DNA of 64,000 nt from Burkholderiales bacterium. GTDB taxonomy: Bacteria > Pseudomonadota > Gammaproteobacteria > Burkholderiales > SG8-41. The number at the start of each line of letters is the position of its first letter. Position 1 is the first letter of the stretch. The stretch spans positions 108,992 to 172,991 of the forward strand of contig JAUXYA010000032.1 in assembly GCA_030684405.1 (NCBI GenBank), given 5' to 3'. Made by a program: the position numbers and the translations under genes. The notes beneath the pieces were generated by a model that saw nothing but the letters and a program-made list of their open reading frames with translations, was not told where the DNA came from and did not search any database. Of the stretch, positions 38,583 through 47,478 are shown one piece after another.

Positions 38583-39751
38583 GCCTGCCCCCCGCTGCTG
38601 TCTGTCCCCAGTGCCGCGTAGCGCACGCGGTGTGCGCGGCCGTTGCCCAGCCAGGCCGACACCGTCATTGCACGCTTGGCGTAGAGCCCGACATCGCAAT
38701 CTTCGGTGAAACCGATCGCGCCGTGAAACTGTATCGCCGCACGGGTGATCACCAGCGCAGCCTCGGCACAGCGCGACTTCGCACGGCTGGCCGCACGGGC
38801 ACGCACCCTTGCATCGGGAGCGGTGTCGAGTTCGGCCACCGTTTCGCGCAGGACCGCGTCGGCCAGTTCCTGTTGAATGTGCAGGTCCACCGCACGATGC
38901 TGCAGAACCTGAAAACTGCCGATGGGCTTGCCGAACTGCACCCGCGTTTTCATATAGTCGAGACTCATCTCGTGGGCGCGCTTCATGATGCCGACCAGCT
39001 CGGCAGATCCCACTGCGGCGGCATGATCGATGGCACGGTCAAGCGCAGCACGCGCAGCGTCTCCGGAAGCGAGGACCTGTTCGCGCGGCACGACGACGTC
39101 GCACAGGCTGACGCTGCCGTAGCTGCGGCCGTCGGCGAGCGGCTGCGCGGCGGTGCTGCAGCCGGCGGCATCGCGTGGAATCCACAGCAGCTGCAGTTCG
39201 CGGCCAGCCAGCGCGCTGACGACAAAACCGTCGGCCGCAGCAGCGCCGATCACGAAGCGCTTTTCGCCGCTGACGCGGAAGCCGCCCTCGAAGGGTAGCG
39301 CCGCAGTGGCAATCTGGCGTCCTCCAAAATCATCAGGCTGTTCCTGCCAGGCAACCACGGGCACGCGCGTGCCGGCGGCCAGCCCGGCCAGCAACTCCCC
39401 GCGCAGTGGCGTTTCCGCAGCACCCTCAAGCGTGCGTGCCGCAAGCACGGCAATCGCGGTGTACGGCTCGGGCGTCAGCGCACGACCCAGGCCTTCGGCA
39501 ACAATCGCCGCCTCGGCGAGGCCCAAACCCAATCCGCCGCAGGATTCCGGCACCAGCACGCCGAGCCAGCCCAGTTCGGCGAGCTGGCGCCACTGCGCGG
39601 CGTCGAACTCGGCGTGGGTCTGCGCCAAGGCGCGCACCCGCGGCAGGTCCGCTCCGTGCTGCACGAAATCGCCGACGCTTTGCGCCAGCATCGCACCATG
39701 GTCCATGCCGTGTTCATTCATCGCGCCTGTTTGCTCCAGAGTAGGGTTCAT
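38579..39751 (-). CDS. acyl-CoA dehydrogenase family protein (second, divergent subunit-like paralogue)
   Basis: 390 aa. ELGWLGVLVPESCGGLGLGLAEAAIV, and C-terminal QFHGAIGFTEDCDVGLYAKRA. It has the ACAD fold but is divergent from its neighbour. Confidence 0.85.
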   Translation of the reverse strand: MNPTLEQTGAMNEHGMDHGAMLAQSVGDFVQHGADLPRVRALAQTHAEFDAAQWRQLAELGWLGVLVPESCGGLGLGLAEAAIVAEGLGRALTPEPYTAIAVLAARTLEGAAETPLRGELLAGLAAGTRVPVVAWQEQPDDFGGRQIATAALPFEGGFRVSGEKRFVIGAAAADGFVVSALAGRELQLLWIPRDAAGCSTAAQPLADGRSYGSVSLCDVVVPREQVLASGDAARAALDRAIDHAAAVGSAELVGIMKRAHEMSLDYMKTRVQFGKPIGSFQVLQHRAVDLHIQQELADAVLRETVAELDTAPDARVRARAASRAKSRCAEAALVITRAAIQFHGAIGFTEDCDVGLYAKRAMTVSAWLGNGRAHRVRYAALGTDSSGGQA

Positions 39752-39913
39752 ATTTAACCTATTGATTTTATTGTATATTATTAAAGGCTCGCCATGCGCT
39801 GATAGCTTACCGAATCGCAGTTGCTACGGCTACGGTCTGCAACACCATGCGAAACCGCTACGCTGGCTCGCGAAGTACCGCACAATCCCGCTTTTTCTGC
39901 ACCCACACAAACC

Positions 39914-40747
39914 ATGACCTCCCACGCAGATTCCCCGAAAGGGCGTGCCAGACTGGCCGCCACCATCGAAGCTCCGCATGCGCAAAGCCTGATCATCACG
40001 CTGATCCTCGTCAACGCCGTGATCCTCGGCCTCGAAACCAGCCCGACCGTGATGGCGAACTGGGGCGGACTGCTGATGCGGCTCGACCAGGCTATCCTCG
40101 CCGTGTTCGTCATCGAGCTGGTGATACGCCTCATCGCCCACGGCTGGCGCTTTTTTCGGGATCCGTGGAGCGTGTTTGATTTCATCGTCATCACCATCGC
40201 TCTGCTGCCGGCGAGCGGGCCCTTCGCGGTGCTGCGCGCTTTGCGGGTACTGCGGGTGCTGCGCCTGCTGACCATGGTACCCAACATGCGCCGCGTGGTC
40301 GGCGGCCTGCTCGCGGCGATTCCGGGGCTGGCCTCGGTGTTCGGCATCATCTCCATCATCTTCTACGTCGCCGCAGTGATCGCCACCAAGCTCTTTGGCG
40401 GCCAGTTTCCCGATTGGTTCGGCACGCTCGGCAGCAGTGCCTACACGCTGTTTCAAGTGATGACGCTGGAGAGCTGGTCGATGGGCATCGTGCGTCCGGT
40501 GATGGAGGTGTTCCCGCAAGCCTGGATCTTCTTTGTTCTGTTCATCCTGATTTCGACCTTTACAATGCTCAACCTGTTCATCGCGGTGATTGTCAACGCC
40601 ATCCAGACCGAGCACGACATCGAGATCCGCGATAAGGAAGCCAGCGATCCCCCATCAGCGGAAGCGCAACTGCGCGATGAAGTCCGCGCGATGCGCGACG
40701 AGCTGCAGGATCTGCGCCGCCTAATGGAGCGGCAGGCCGCCCGTTAG
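39914..40747 (+). CDS. bacterial voltage-gated sodium channel homologue (BacNaV / ion transport protein)
   Basis: ATG at 39914, 277 aa, six TM segments. S4 carries Arg at every third position (LRALRVLRVLRLL). The pore filter FQVMTLESWSMGIVRPVM (TLESWSM at 40463..40483) matches the NavAb filter as I recall it. C-terminal coiled-coil. Confidence 0.88.
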   Translation: MTSHADSPKGRARLAATIEAPHAQSLIITLILVNAVILGLETSPTVMANWGGLLMRLDQAILAVFVIELVIRLIAHGWRFFRDPWSVFDFIVITIALLPASGPFAVLRALRVLRVLRLLTMVPNMRRVVGGLLAAIPGLASVFGIISIIFYVAAVIATKLFGGQFPDWFGTLGSSAYTLFQVMTLESWSMGIVRPVMEVFPQAWIFFVLFILISTFTMLNLFIAVIVNAIQTEHDIEIRDKEASDPPSAEAQLRDEVRAMRDELQDLRRLMERQAAR

Positions 40748-40765
40748 CTGCGCCCGACCCCGCCG

Positions 40766-41329
40766 ATGCCCCGCAACAGACGCCTGCAAAGGCTGCTGCC
40801 CACGCGCGAGAAACTCGAAGCCAATCGCTGGCTGCGCTGGCTCGCGCCCTGGCTGGGGCATCCGCGTTTGTGGCGGTGGTCGCGCCGCGGCGTCGCCCTC
40901 GGCGTCGCCCTCGGCATTTTTTTCGGGTTGCTGATCCCGCTGGCCCAGATTCCGCTGACTGCGGTTGCCGCGGTCATCCTGCGCGCCAACCTGCCGGCGG
41001 CAGCGGCGAGCACACTTGTCACCAACCCGGTCACCTTCGGCCCGGTCTACTTCGTCGCCTATAAACTCGGCAGTTGGATCACCGGCGACACTGCGCTGCC
41101 GCTGCCCCAAGGTTCGCTGCTTGCAGAGGAAAGCATCGAAGACAAAACCCTGCTCGAGCGCATCAAGGCACTCGGCAAACCGCTGCTCACCGGACTGGCG
41201 GTAATGGCCTTGTCGGTCGGCGTGCTCACCTATCTCATCATCGACTGGCTGTGGCGCTGGCGGACCGCGCGCCGCTGGCGCCGGCGCAGCACCCGGCAAG
41301 CGTCACGCTCACGGCAGAAATCACCATGA
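40766..41329 (+). CDS. DUF2062 domain-containing membrane protein
   Basis: 187 aa. RWLRWLAPWLGHPRLWRWSRRGVALGVALGIFFGLLIPLAQIPL...NPVTFGPVYFVAYKLG matches the DUF2062 pattern as I recall it. Confidence 0.7.
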   Translation: MPRNRRLQRLLPTREKLEANRWLRWLAPWLGHPRLWRWSRRGVALGVALGIFFGLLIPLAQIPLTAVAAVILRANLPAAAASTLVTNPVTFGPVYFVAYKLGSWITGDTALPLPQGSLLAEESIEDKTLLERIKALGKPLLTGLAVMALSVGVLTYLIIDWLWRWRTARRWRRRSTRQASRSRQKSP

Positions 41330-41477
41330 AAATGCCGAGTCACGATGCTGATACGTGGGAGGTTGTGCGGTCATCGCATTAAGGCGATACCCGCATCCCG
41401 TGGCGGCAAGCGCGCAGTCTCCCGGACTGCGCATATCGCACGCCGGGAACTCCTCACCAACCCTCGCTCCTCAAAAC

Positions 41478-41505
41478 AAAAATGCCGCCTCAAGGCGGCA
41501 TTTTT
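41478..41505. terminator. bidirectional rho-independent terminator
   Basis: AAAAATGCCGCC-TCAA-GGCGGCATTTTT has an A-tract on one side and a T-tract on the other. It lies between the DUF2062 gene (+) and tRNA-Ala (-). Confidence 0.85.
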
Positions 41506-41509
41506 GTTT

Positions 41510-41585
<76 letters not shown>

Positions 41586-41693
41586 TAAAAGAGGGGCGGA
41601 TTTTACCCGCTTGCCCGGCAGGCGGCAAATGGACCTCGGCGTAGAAGGCCCGCGGATATAATCCGGTCGCATTCCCGCACAAAATCGCACACC

Positions 41694-42461
41694 ATGGACA
41701 TTAAACCGCCTTACGGCTATCAGGAAATCGTTCCGCTGGCCAAAACCCACCGGGTGCTGCTGCCCGGCGAAAGAAAGCTCCCGGTACTGTTCCGCAATCT
41801 CACCGCGCTGCCGCTGTCCTTCACCGAGTTTGCTGCAGCCCTGCGCGACTATCCGATCACCTTCGTCTCCGGCGACGGCGGCGCGAGCTTCGTCGCGATG
41901 GCCATTCTCGGCGTCGAGTCGCAGCAGAACCTGTTCGCCACCGCCAACGATACCTGGGACACGCAGGCTTATCTGCCGGCGTATGTGCGGCGTTACCCCT
42001 TCTGCATGACCCGCGTGATGGTCGACGGCCAGGAGCGTTCCGAGCGCGTGGCCTGCGTCGAGAAACGAGCGCTGCAGGCAAAGGGCGAGGCGCTGTACGA
42101 CGAGAAAGGCGAAGCCCTGCCGGTGTGGCAGCGCCTGAGCAAACTGCTGTTTGAGTTCGAGGCCGATCTCGCGCGCACCGAGGAAATGTGCCGCACGCTG
42201 AAGGATCTCCAGTTGCTGGAGCCGTTTTCGGCGCAGGCGGTGCCGGCCGGGGAATCGCCGATCACGCTGACCGGCATGCACCGCATCTCGGAGGCAAAGC
42301 TGCAGGCCCTGCCGGGTGAGCGGCTGCAGCAACTGGCGCAGAACGGCATGCTGTCGCGCATATATGCCCACCTGCTGTCGCTGGAAAATTTTCAGCGCCT
42401 GCTCGACCGTCGCGCGGCGCGGCGCGTGAAACCCGCAGTCGATCCGAAAACCCTGAACTAG
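41694..42461 (+). CDS. SapC family protein
   Basis: 255 aa. The N-terminal half (LPLSFTEFAAALRDYPITFV...AYLPAYVRRYPF) fits the SapC (PF07277) pattern from memory. Confidence 0.7.
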   Translation: MDIKPPYGYQEIVPLAKTHRVLLPGERKLPVLFRNLTALPLSFTEFAAALRDYPITFVSGDGGASFVAMAILGVESQQNLFATANDTWDTQAYLPAYVRRYPFCMTRVMVDGQERSERVACVEKRALQAKGEALYDEKGEALPVWQRLSKLLFEFEADLARTEEMCRTLKDLQLLEPFSAQAVPAGESPITLTGMHRISEAKLQALPGERLQQLAQNGMLSRIYAHLLSLENFQRLLDRRAARRVKPAVDPKTLN

Positions 42462-42471
42462 GCTACGGCGC

Positions 42472-43263
42472 TCAGACGTCGCGGCGCTCGCCCTTTAGCG
42501 ACCAGGCGAGCAGCGCAATGCCGGCAAGGATCATGGGCGCCGACAGCCACTGACCCATGGTCAGGCCGAGGGCAAGGAATCCGAGGAAACTGTCGGGTTC
42601 GCGGGTGTATTCGACACCGAAACGGAACACGCCATAACCGATGAGGAACAGCGCCGAGGCTGCACCGCGCGGGCGCGGCTTCAGCGTGAACCACCACAGG
42701 ATCACGAACAAGACCACGCCTTCCAGCGCGAATTCGTAGAGCTGGGAGGGATGCCGCGCGATGCGGTCGACGTTCGGAAACACCATCGCCCAGGGCACTT
42801 CGGCCGGACGCCCCCACAGCTCAGCGTTGATGAAATTGCCCATGCGCCCGGCGGCAAGTCCCAACGGCACCAGCGGCGCAATGAAGTCGGTGATCTGCAG
42901 CCAGTCGCGGCGGCGGCTGCGCGCGAACAGGACCATCGCGATGACCACGCCGAGGAAGCCGCCGTGGAAAGACATGCCGCCCTCCCAGACGTAGAACACC
43001 TTCCACGGCGCCGTGAGGTATTCGCCGAACTTGTAGAAAAGCACATAGCCCAGCCGGCCGCCGAGGATGGTGCCGACAATGCCGTAGAACAGCACATCAT
43101 CCAGATCGTTACGCACCCAGCCGCCGCCTGGATTGCGGTCGATGCGGTAACGGCCGAACAACCAGATCAGCGCGAAGCCGAGCAGGTACATCAGGCCGTA
43201 CCAGCGCAGGGCCACGGGCCCGAGCTGCAGGGCAATCGGATCGAACTGGGGATGCACAAACAT
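42472..43263 (-). CDS. lgt: prolipoprotein diacylglyceryl transferase
   Basis: 263 aa. [48 protein letters not shown]. Confidence 0.96.
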   Translation of the reverse strand: MFVHPQFDPIALQLGPVALRWYGLMYLLGFALIWLFGRYRIDRNPGGGWVRNDLDDVLFYGIVGTILGGRLGYVLFYKFGEYLTAPWKVFYVWEGGMSFHGGFLGVVIAMVLFARSRRRDWLQITDFIAPLVPLGLAAGRMGNFINAELWGRPAEVPWAMVFPNVDRIARHPSQLYEFALEGVVLFVILWWFTLKPRPRGAASALFLIGYGVFRFGVEYTREPDSFLGFLALGLTMGQWLSAPMILAGIALLAWSLKGERRDV

Positions 43264-43362
43264 GAGGAGGGAAGGTGATGCGATAAAATGACGCCCTTAT
43301 TATACGTGCCCCGCCGCAGCGCCCCTCCTGCGACGGTTTCGACGCCCAACCGGAGGATCTTC

Positions 43363-45036
43363 ATGCCACTCAACAAACGCAGCCAGCTGATCACCGCCGG
43401 CGTCGCCCGCTCGCCCAACCGCGCAATGCTGCGCGCCGTCGGTTTCGGCGACGGAGACTTCGACAAACCCATCGTCGGCGTTGCCAACGGCCATTCAACG
43501 ATGAACCCCTGCAACGCCGGTATCCAGCCCCTGGTCGACCGCGCCATCGCGGAACTTAAATCCGTCGGCGCAATGCCCCAGGTCTTCGGCGTGCCGACCA
43601 TCACCGACGGCATCGGCATGGGCACCGAAGCGATGAAATACTCGCTGGTGTCACGCGAGGTCATCGCCGACTGCATCGAGACCGCGGTCAATGGCCAGGC
43701 CATGGACGGCGTGCTGGTCTGCGGCGGCTGCGACAAGAACATGCCCGGCGGCATGATCGCGATTCTGCGCATGAACGTACCCGGCATCTACGTCTACGCT
43801 GGCACCATCAAGCCCGGCCGGTGGAAAGGCCAGGACCTGACCATCGTCAGCGCCTTCGAGGCAGTCGGTTCCTACGCCGCCGGCAAGATGAGTGACGAGG
43901 ATTTCATCGGCATCGAGAAAAACGCCTGCCCCTCCGTCGGAGCCTGCGGCGGCATGTTTACGGCAAACACGATGTCCTCGTCCTTCGAGGCGCTGGGCAT
44001 GAGCGTGCTGGGTTCCTCGCAGATGGCTTCGCCCGATCCCGAAAAGGCCGACTCCGCCGCGGAATCTGCGCGGGTGCTGGTCAACGCGATCAAACACGAC
44101 ATCAAGCCGCGTGACATCGTTACCCGAAAGTCGATCGAAAACGCGGTGGCGCTGATCATGGCCACCGGCGGTTCCACCAACGCGGTACTGCACTACCTCG
44201 CGATCGCCCATGCGGCGCAGGTGAAGTGGACCATCGACGACTTCGAGCGCGTGCGCAAGAAGGTGCCGGTGCTGTGCGACCTGAAACCCTCGGGTCGCTA
44301 CGTCGCCGTCGATTTCCACCGCGCTGGCGGCGTGCCGCAGGTGTTGAAAATGCTGCTGAAACAGGGCCTGATCCACGGCGACTGCATCACCATCACTGGC
44401 AAAACGCTGGCGCAGGAGTTGAAGAGCGTGCCCGACGCGCCCCGCGCCGACCAGGACGTGATCCGTCCCTGGTCGAACCCGATGTACAAGCAGGGCCACC
44501 TCGCGATTCTCAAAGGTAACCTTTCGCCGGAAGGCTGCGTCGCCAAGATCACCGGCCTCAAGTCGCCGAAGATCACCGGGCCCGCACGCGTGTTCGACTC
44601 CGAGGTTGCCTGCATGAAGGCGATCATGGCGAGAAAAATCAAGGCCGGTGACGTCATCGTCATCCGCTACGAAGGGCCCAAAGGCGGCCCCGGCATGCAG
44701 GAAATGCTGGCACCCACCGGCGCGCTGATTGGCCAGGGGCTCGGCGAGTCCGTCGGCCTGATCACCGACGGCCGCTTCTCCGGTGGCACCTGGGGCATGG
44801 TCGTCGGCCACGTTGCACCGGAGGCCTTCGAGGGCGGTCCAATCGCGCTGGTGAAAGAAGGCGATTCGATCACCATTGACGCCATCAAGCGGCTGATCCA
44901 GCTCAACATTCCGGCGAAGGAACTCACCGCACGCAAAAAGAAATGGAAACAGCCAAAACCGCGTTACACCCGCGGCGCGCTGGCCAAATTTGCGCGGCTG
45001 GTCTCGACCGCCAGCAAGGGCGCCGTGACCGACTGA
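43363..45036 (+). CDS. ilvD: dihydroxy-acid dehydratase
   Basis: ATG at 43363 after [36 protein letters not shown], and the C-terminal TDGRFSGGT. Confidence 0.97.
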   Translation: MPLNKRSQLITAGVARSPNRAMLRAVGFGDGDFDKPIVGVANGHSTMNPCNAGIQPLVDRAIAELKSVGAMPQVFGVPTITDGIGMGTEAMKYSLVSREVIADCIETAVNGQAMDGVLVCGGCDKNMPGGMIAILRMNVPGIYVYAGTIKPGRWKGQDLTIVSAFEAVGSYAAGKMSDEDFIGIEKNACPSVGACGGMFTANTMSSSFEALGMSVLGSSQMASPDPEKADSAAESARVLVNAIKHDIKPRDIVTRKSIENAVALIMATGGSTNAVLHYLAIAHAAQVKWTIDDFERVRKKVPVLCDLKPSGRYVAVDFHRAGGVPQVLKMLLKQGLIHGDCITITGKTLAQELKSVPDAPRADQDVIRPWSNPMYKQGHLAILKGNLSPEGCVAKITGLKSPKITGPARVFDSEVACMKAIMARKIKAGDVIVIRYEGPKGGPGMQEMLAPTGALIGQGLGESVGLITDGRFSGGTWGMVVGHVAPEAFEGGPIALVKEGDSITIDAIKRLIQLNIPAKELTARKKKWKQPKPRYTRGALAKFARLVSTASKGAVTD

Positions 45037-45080
45037 TTGCGCACGGTACAGGCGCGGAGCGCAAGACCGTGACCGACACC

Positions 45081-45713
45081 ATGGTGTACGTCCATCACTC
45101 GATCAACTGTGCTCCACGAACCTTTGCCACGGTGGCCGATGATTTCGGCCACCTCGACTGGGCCAGGTGGGGTGGTGCGCTGTTCGGCGTCTGGCGGTCG
45201 CAAATCGGATGCCCTCGCGACGAACTGAACGTGATCACTGTCTGGCCCTCGGCAAGGGACGCTGACCTTGCCGAAGAGCTGCTGCGCGGCGTGGCGCATG
45301 TAAGGCAGATCCGCAGCCGACCGATGCGAGCGACGCTGCGCCCCGAAGCGCCTAAGCCGCCACTACGGCAAGGTAACTATGCCTTCCGCTGGTTTGAACT
45401 GCCGGATGAACACTGGGCAGAGTTCCTGTCACTTTGCGCCGAAGCCTGGCCGGGATTCGAGGCCGCCTACGATTCGCAGGTCATCGGCCTGTGGCGCTGC
45501 ATCGACGACCCGCCCGGGCGTGCCAGTGTACTGCTGATGACCCGCCGGCCCGACCTGGCGATGTGGGAGCGCTCCAAGATACCCGCGGGCGAAGCAGAGC
45601 GCGAAGTGCGCCGCCAACTGAGCCACCGCTACGACCTCTGCGACGCCACCTGGGTCTACACCACCACGCTGCTCACCGCCGAAGATCGCGTCGACTCAGT
45701 GCGCTGGACCTGA
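45081..45713 (+). CDS. hypothetical protein (possibly NIPSNAP-like tandem alpha+beta barrel)
   Basis: ATG at 45081 gives 210 aa. There are two loosely repeated segments (GALFGVWRSQIG...ELNVITVWPS and VIGLWRCIDDPPG...SVLLMTRRPD). The family guess is weak. Confidence 0.45.
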   Translation: MVYVHHSINCAPRTFATVADDFGHLDWARWGGALFGVWRSQIGCPRDELNVITVWPSARDADLAEELLRGVAHVRQIRSRPMRATLRPEAPKPPLRQGNYAFRWFELPDEHWAEFLSLCAEAWPGFEAAYDSQVIGLWRCIDDPPGRASVLLMTRRPDLAMWERSKIPAGEAEREVRRQLSHRYDLCDATWVYTTTLLTAEDRVDSVRWT

Positions 45714-45715
45714 GA

Positions 45716-46038
45716 TCACAGCGCGCAGCACCCGTCACGCCGCGGCGACAGCTGGCGACGCGTTATGCCTCCTGGATGGCAGACCAGCGATTTCGTATCG
45801 CCGATGTTGACCAGTCGCGTCAGCAGTTTCAGCGCGTCGATGAAATGCGCGCCTCCGGCGCCGCCTGACTTGATGCCGGAGCCGAGGATGCCTGAGGCGC
45901 GGTGACGAATTTAGCAAGGTTCGCATCGAGCGCCAGCAAAGGCGCGGTGATCGACCAGGCGCATGAGGCTGCACCGCGAGACCAATGCAGGTAAACTGGG
46001 ATCAGGGACCATGCCGGGGCAGGTAAGCGATTACCCAC
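45716..46038 (-). pseudogene. relic of a MetY/MetZ-family PLP sulfhydrylase (C-terminal fragment, truncated and frameshifted)
   Basis: Minus-strand translation of 45716..45910 gives IRHRASGILGSGIKSGGAGGAHFIDALKLLTRLVNIGDTKSLVCHPGGITRRQLSP, colinear with the intact metY. Region 45772..45902 aligns gap-free with 47619..47749, with 115 of 131 nt identical by hand count. There is an in-frame TAA at 45911-45913. Weaker similarity continues in another frame up to about 46038. Confidence 0.7.
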
Positions 46039-46142
46039 TCCGGCTGAGCGGCGACCTCTATCAAAAACAGAATCACATAAAAATTGTTCCGTCGCCCGGG
46101 GGTAATGTTTGATTTTGTGCCCAACTCACAAGGAGCTGCCCC

Positions 46143-46520
46143 ATGAACCGTTTTAACCGTGCCATCGCCCGCCTGCTTGTTATTTGTACTTTTGCGCTCG
46201 GATTGCCGCTGCCTGCCGCGGCGGATATCGTCACCACCGACCAGATTTACGCAAGTTCCGAACGCGAACGTGTCCGCAGTTTCCTGGAACGGGAAGACGT
46301 GCGCTCACAAATTCAGTCTTTCGGTGTCGATGCCGATGCGGCAAAGGCACGCGTTAACGCGTTGTCGGACCAGGAAATCGGAGAGCTCGCTGGCCGCATT
46401 GACGAGCTGCCTGCCGGTGCCGGCATTGTCGGCGTCCTGTTCACGGTGTTCATCGTTCTGCTGGTCACCGACATTCTCGGTCTGACCAAGGTCTTCCCCT
46501 TCACACGATCTGTTCGCTAA
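46143..46520 (+). CDS. exported single-pass membrane protein (PA2779-family-like), putative substrate of the adjacent peptidase
   Basis: 125 aa with an AAGGAG RBS. Signal peptide ending LPLPAAA, a charged helical ectodomain, LSDQEIGELAG at 46362..46394, the TM helix IVGVLFTVFIVLLVTDILGL, and a basic tail. Confidence 0.75.
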   Translation: MNRFNRAIARLLVICTFALGLPLPAAADIVTTDQIYASSERERVRSFLEREDVRSQIQSFGVDADAAKARVNALSDQEIGELAGRIDELPAGAGIVGVLFTVFIVLLVTDILGLTKVFPFTRSVR

Positions 46521-46523
46521 TCC

Positions 46524-47468
46524 GTGTTGTGCAGCATCAGGACGCCCGCAGTCGCTGGCGTCCTGTTCTTTTTGAGCCTGCTTGCAGGCTGTGCGAGCCC
46601 CCAGGTCCGGACCCTGCTCGAACAACCGCCGGCCGCCCTGCCTCCGCAGGCTGAACTCGCCGCTGTGCCGTTTTTCCCGCAACAGGACTATCAATGCGGC
46701 CCGGCCGCACTGGCCATGGCATTGACGCATGCAGGCATCCCGGTATTGCCCGAAGCCCTGGTGTCGCAGGTCTACCTGCCAGCACGCGAAGGCTCCCTGC
46801 AGGCTGAAATGCTCGCCGCAGCCCGGCGCCATGGCCTGATGGCATATCCGCTGGCGCCCCAGCTGCAGGATCTGCTGCTTGAAGTCGCTGCCGGCAATCC
46901 GGTGATTGTCCTGCAGAATCTCTCGCTGGCATTTGCGCCGATCTGGCATTACGCCGTCGTCGTCGGCTACAACCGGGAGCGCGAGGAGATCATCCTGCGT
47001 TCAGGCACCACACGCAGGCTGACCATGACTCTGTCGACTTTTGAGCGGACCTGGGCACGCAGCAAACACTGGGCCATGGTCGTGCTGCAGCCCGACCAGC
47101 TGGCGGCAACAGCGGCCGAAGCGGGCCATGTCGCCGCTGCTGCCGCACTGGAGCGCAGCTCTCCCGCAGCCGCGCAACGCGCATATACCAGCGCACTTGC
47201 GCGCTGGCCGGCAAACCTTATCGCACGCCTGGGACTCGGCAATGTCGCCTATAGCCAGGGCAAACTCGTCGAAGCGAAAGCGGCCTACCACGAGGCCACC
47301 CTTGAACATCCTCAGTCCGGGGATGCCTGGAACAATCTGGCACAAGTCCGGTTTGAGCTGGGCCGCAGGAGCGAGGCATTGGCCGCCGCACAGAAGGCCG
47401 TGGAGCTGGGTGGACCGCGCGCTGCGCTCTACCGAAAAACCCTGGACCGCATCAGCGGCATGAAGTGA
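46524..47468 (+). CDS. lipoprotein with C39-like (papain-fold) cysteine peptidase domain and C-terminal TPR repeats (PA2778-family-like)
   Basis: GTG start 3 nt after the previous stop. Lipobox LLAGC (Cys23). QQDYQCGPAALAMAL (Cys58) and WHYAVVVGY (His142). The TPR-like helices include GDAWNNLAQVRFELGRRSEALAAAQKAVEL. Confidence 0.78.
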   Translation: MLCSIRTPAVAGVLFFLSLLAGCASPQVRTLLEQPPAALPPQAELAAVPFFPQQDYQCGPAALAMALTHAGIPVLPEALVSQVYLPAREGSLQAEMLAAARRHGLMAYPLAPQLQDLLLEVAAGNPVIVLQNLSLAFAPIWHYAVVVGYNREREEIILRSGTTRRLTMTLSTFERTWARSKHWAMVVLQPDQLAATAAEAGHVAAAAALERSSPAAAQRAYTSALARWPANLIARLGLGNVAYSQGKLVEAKAAYHEATLEHPQSGDAWNNLAQVRFELGRRSEALAAAQKAVELGGPRAALYRKTLDRISGMK

Positions 47469-47478
47469 AACCTGAGCG

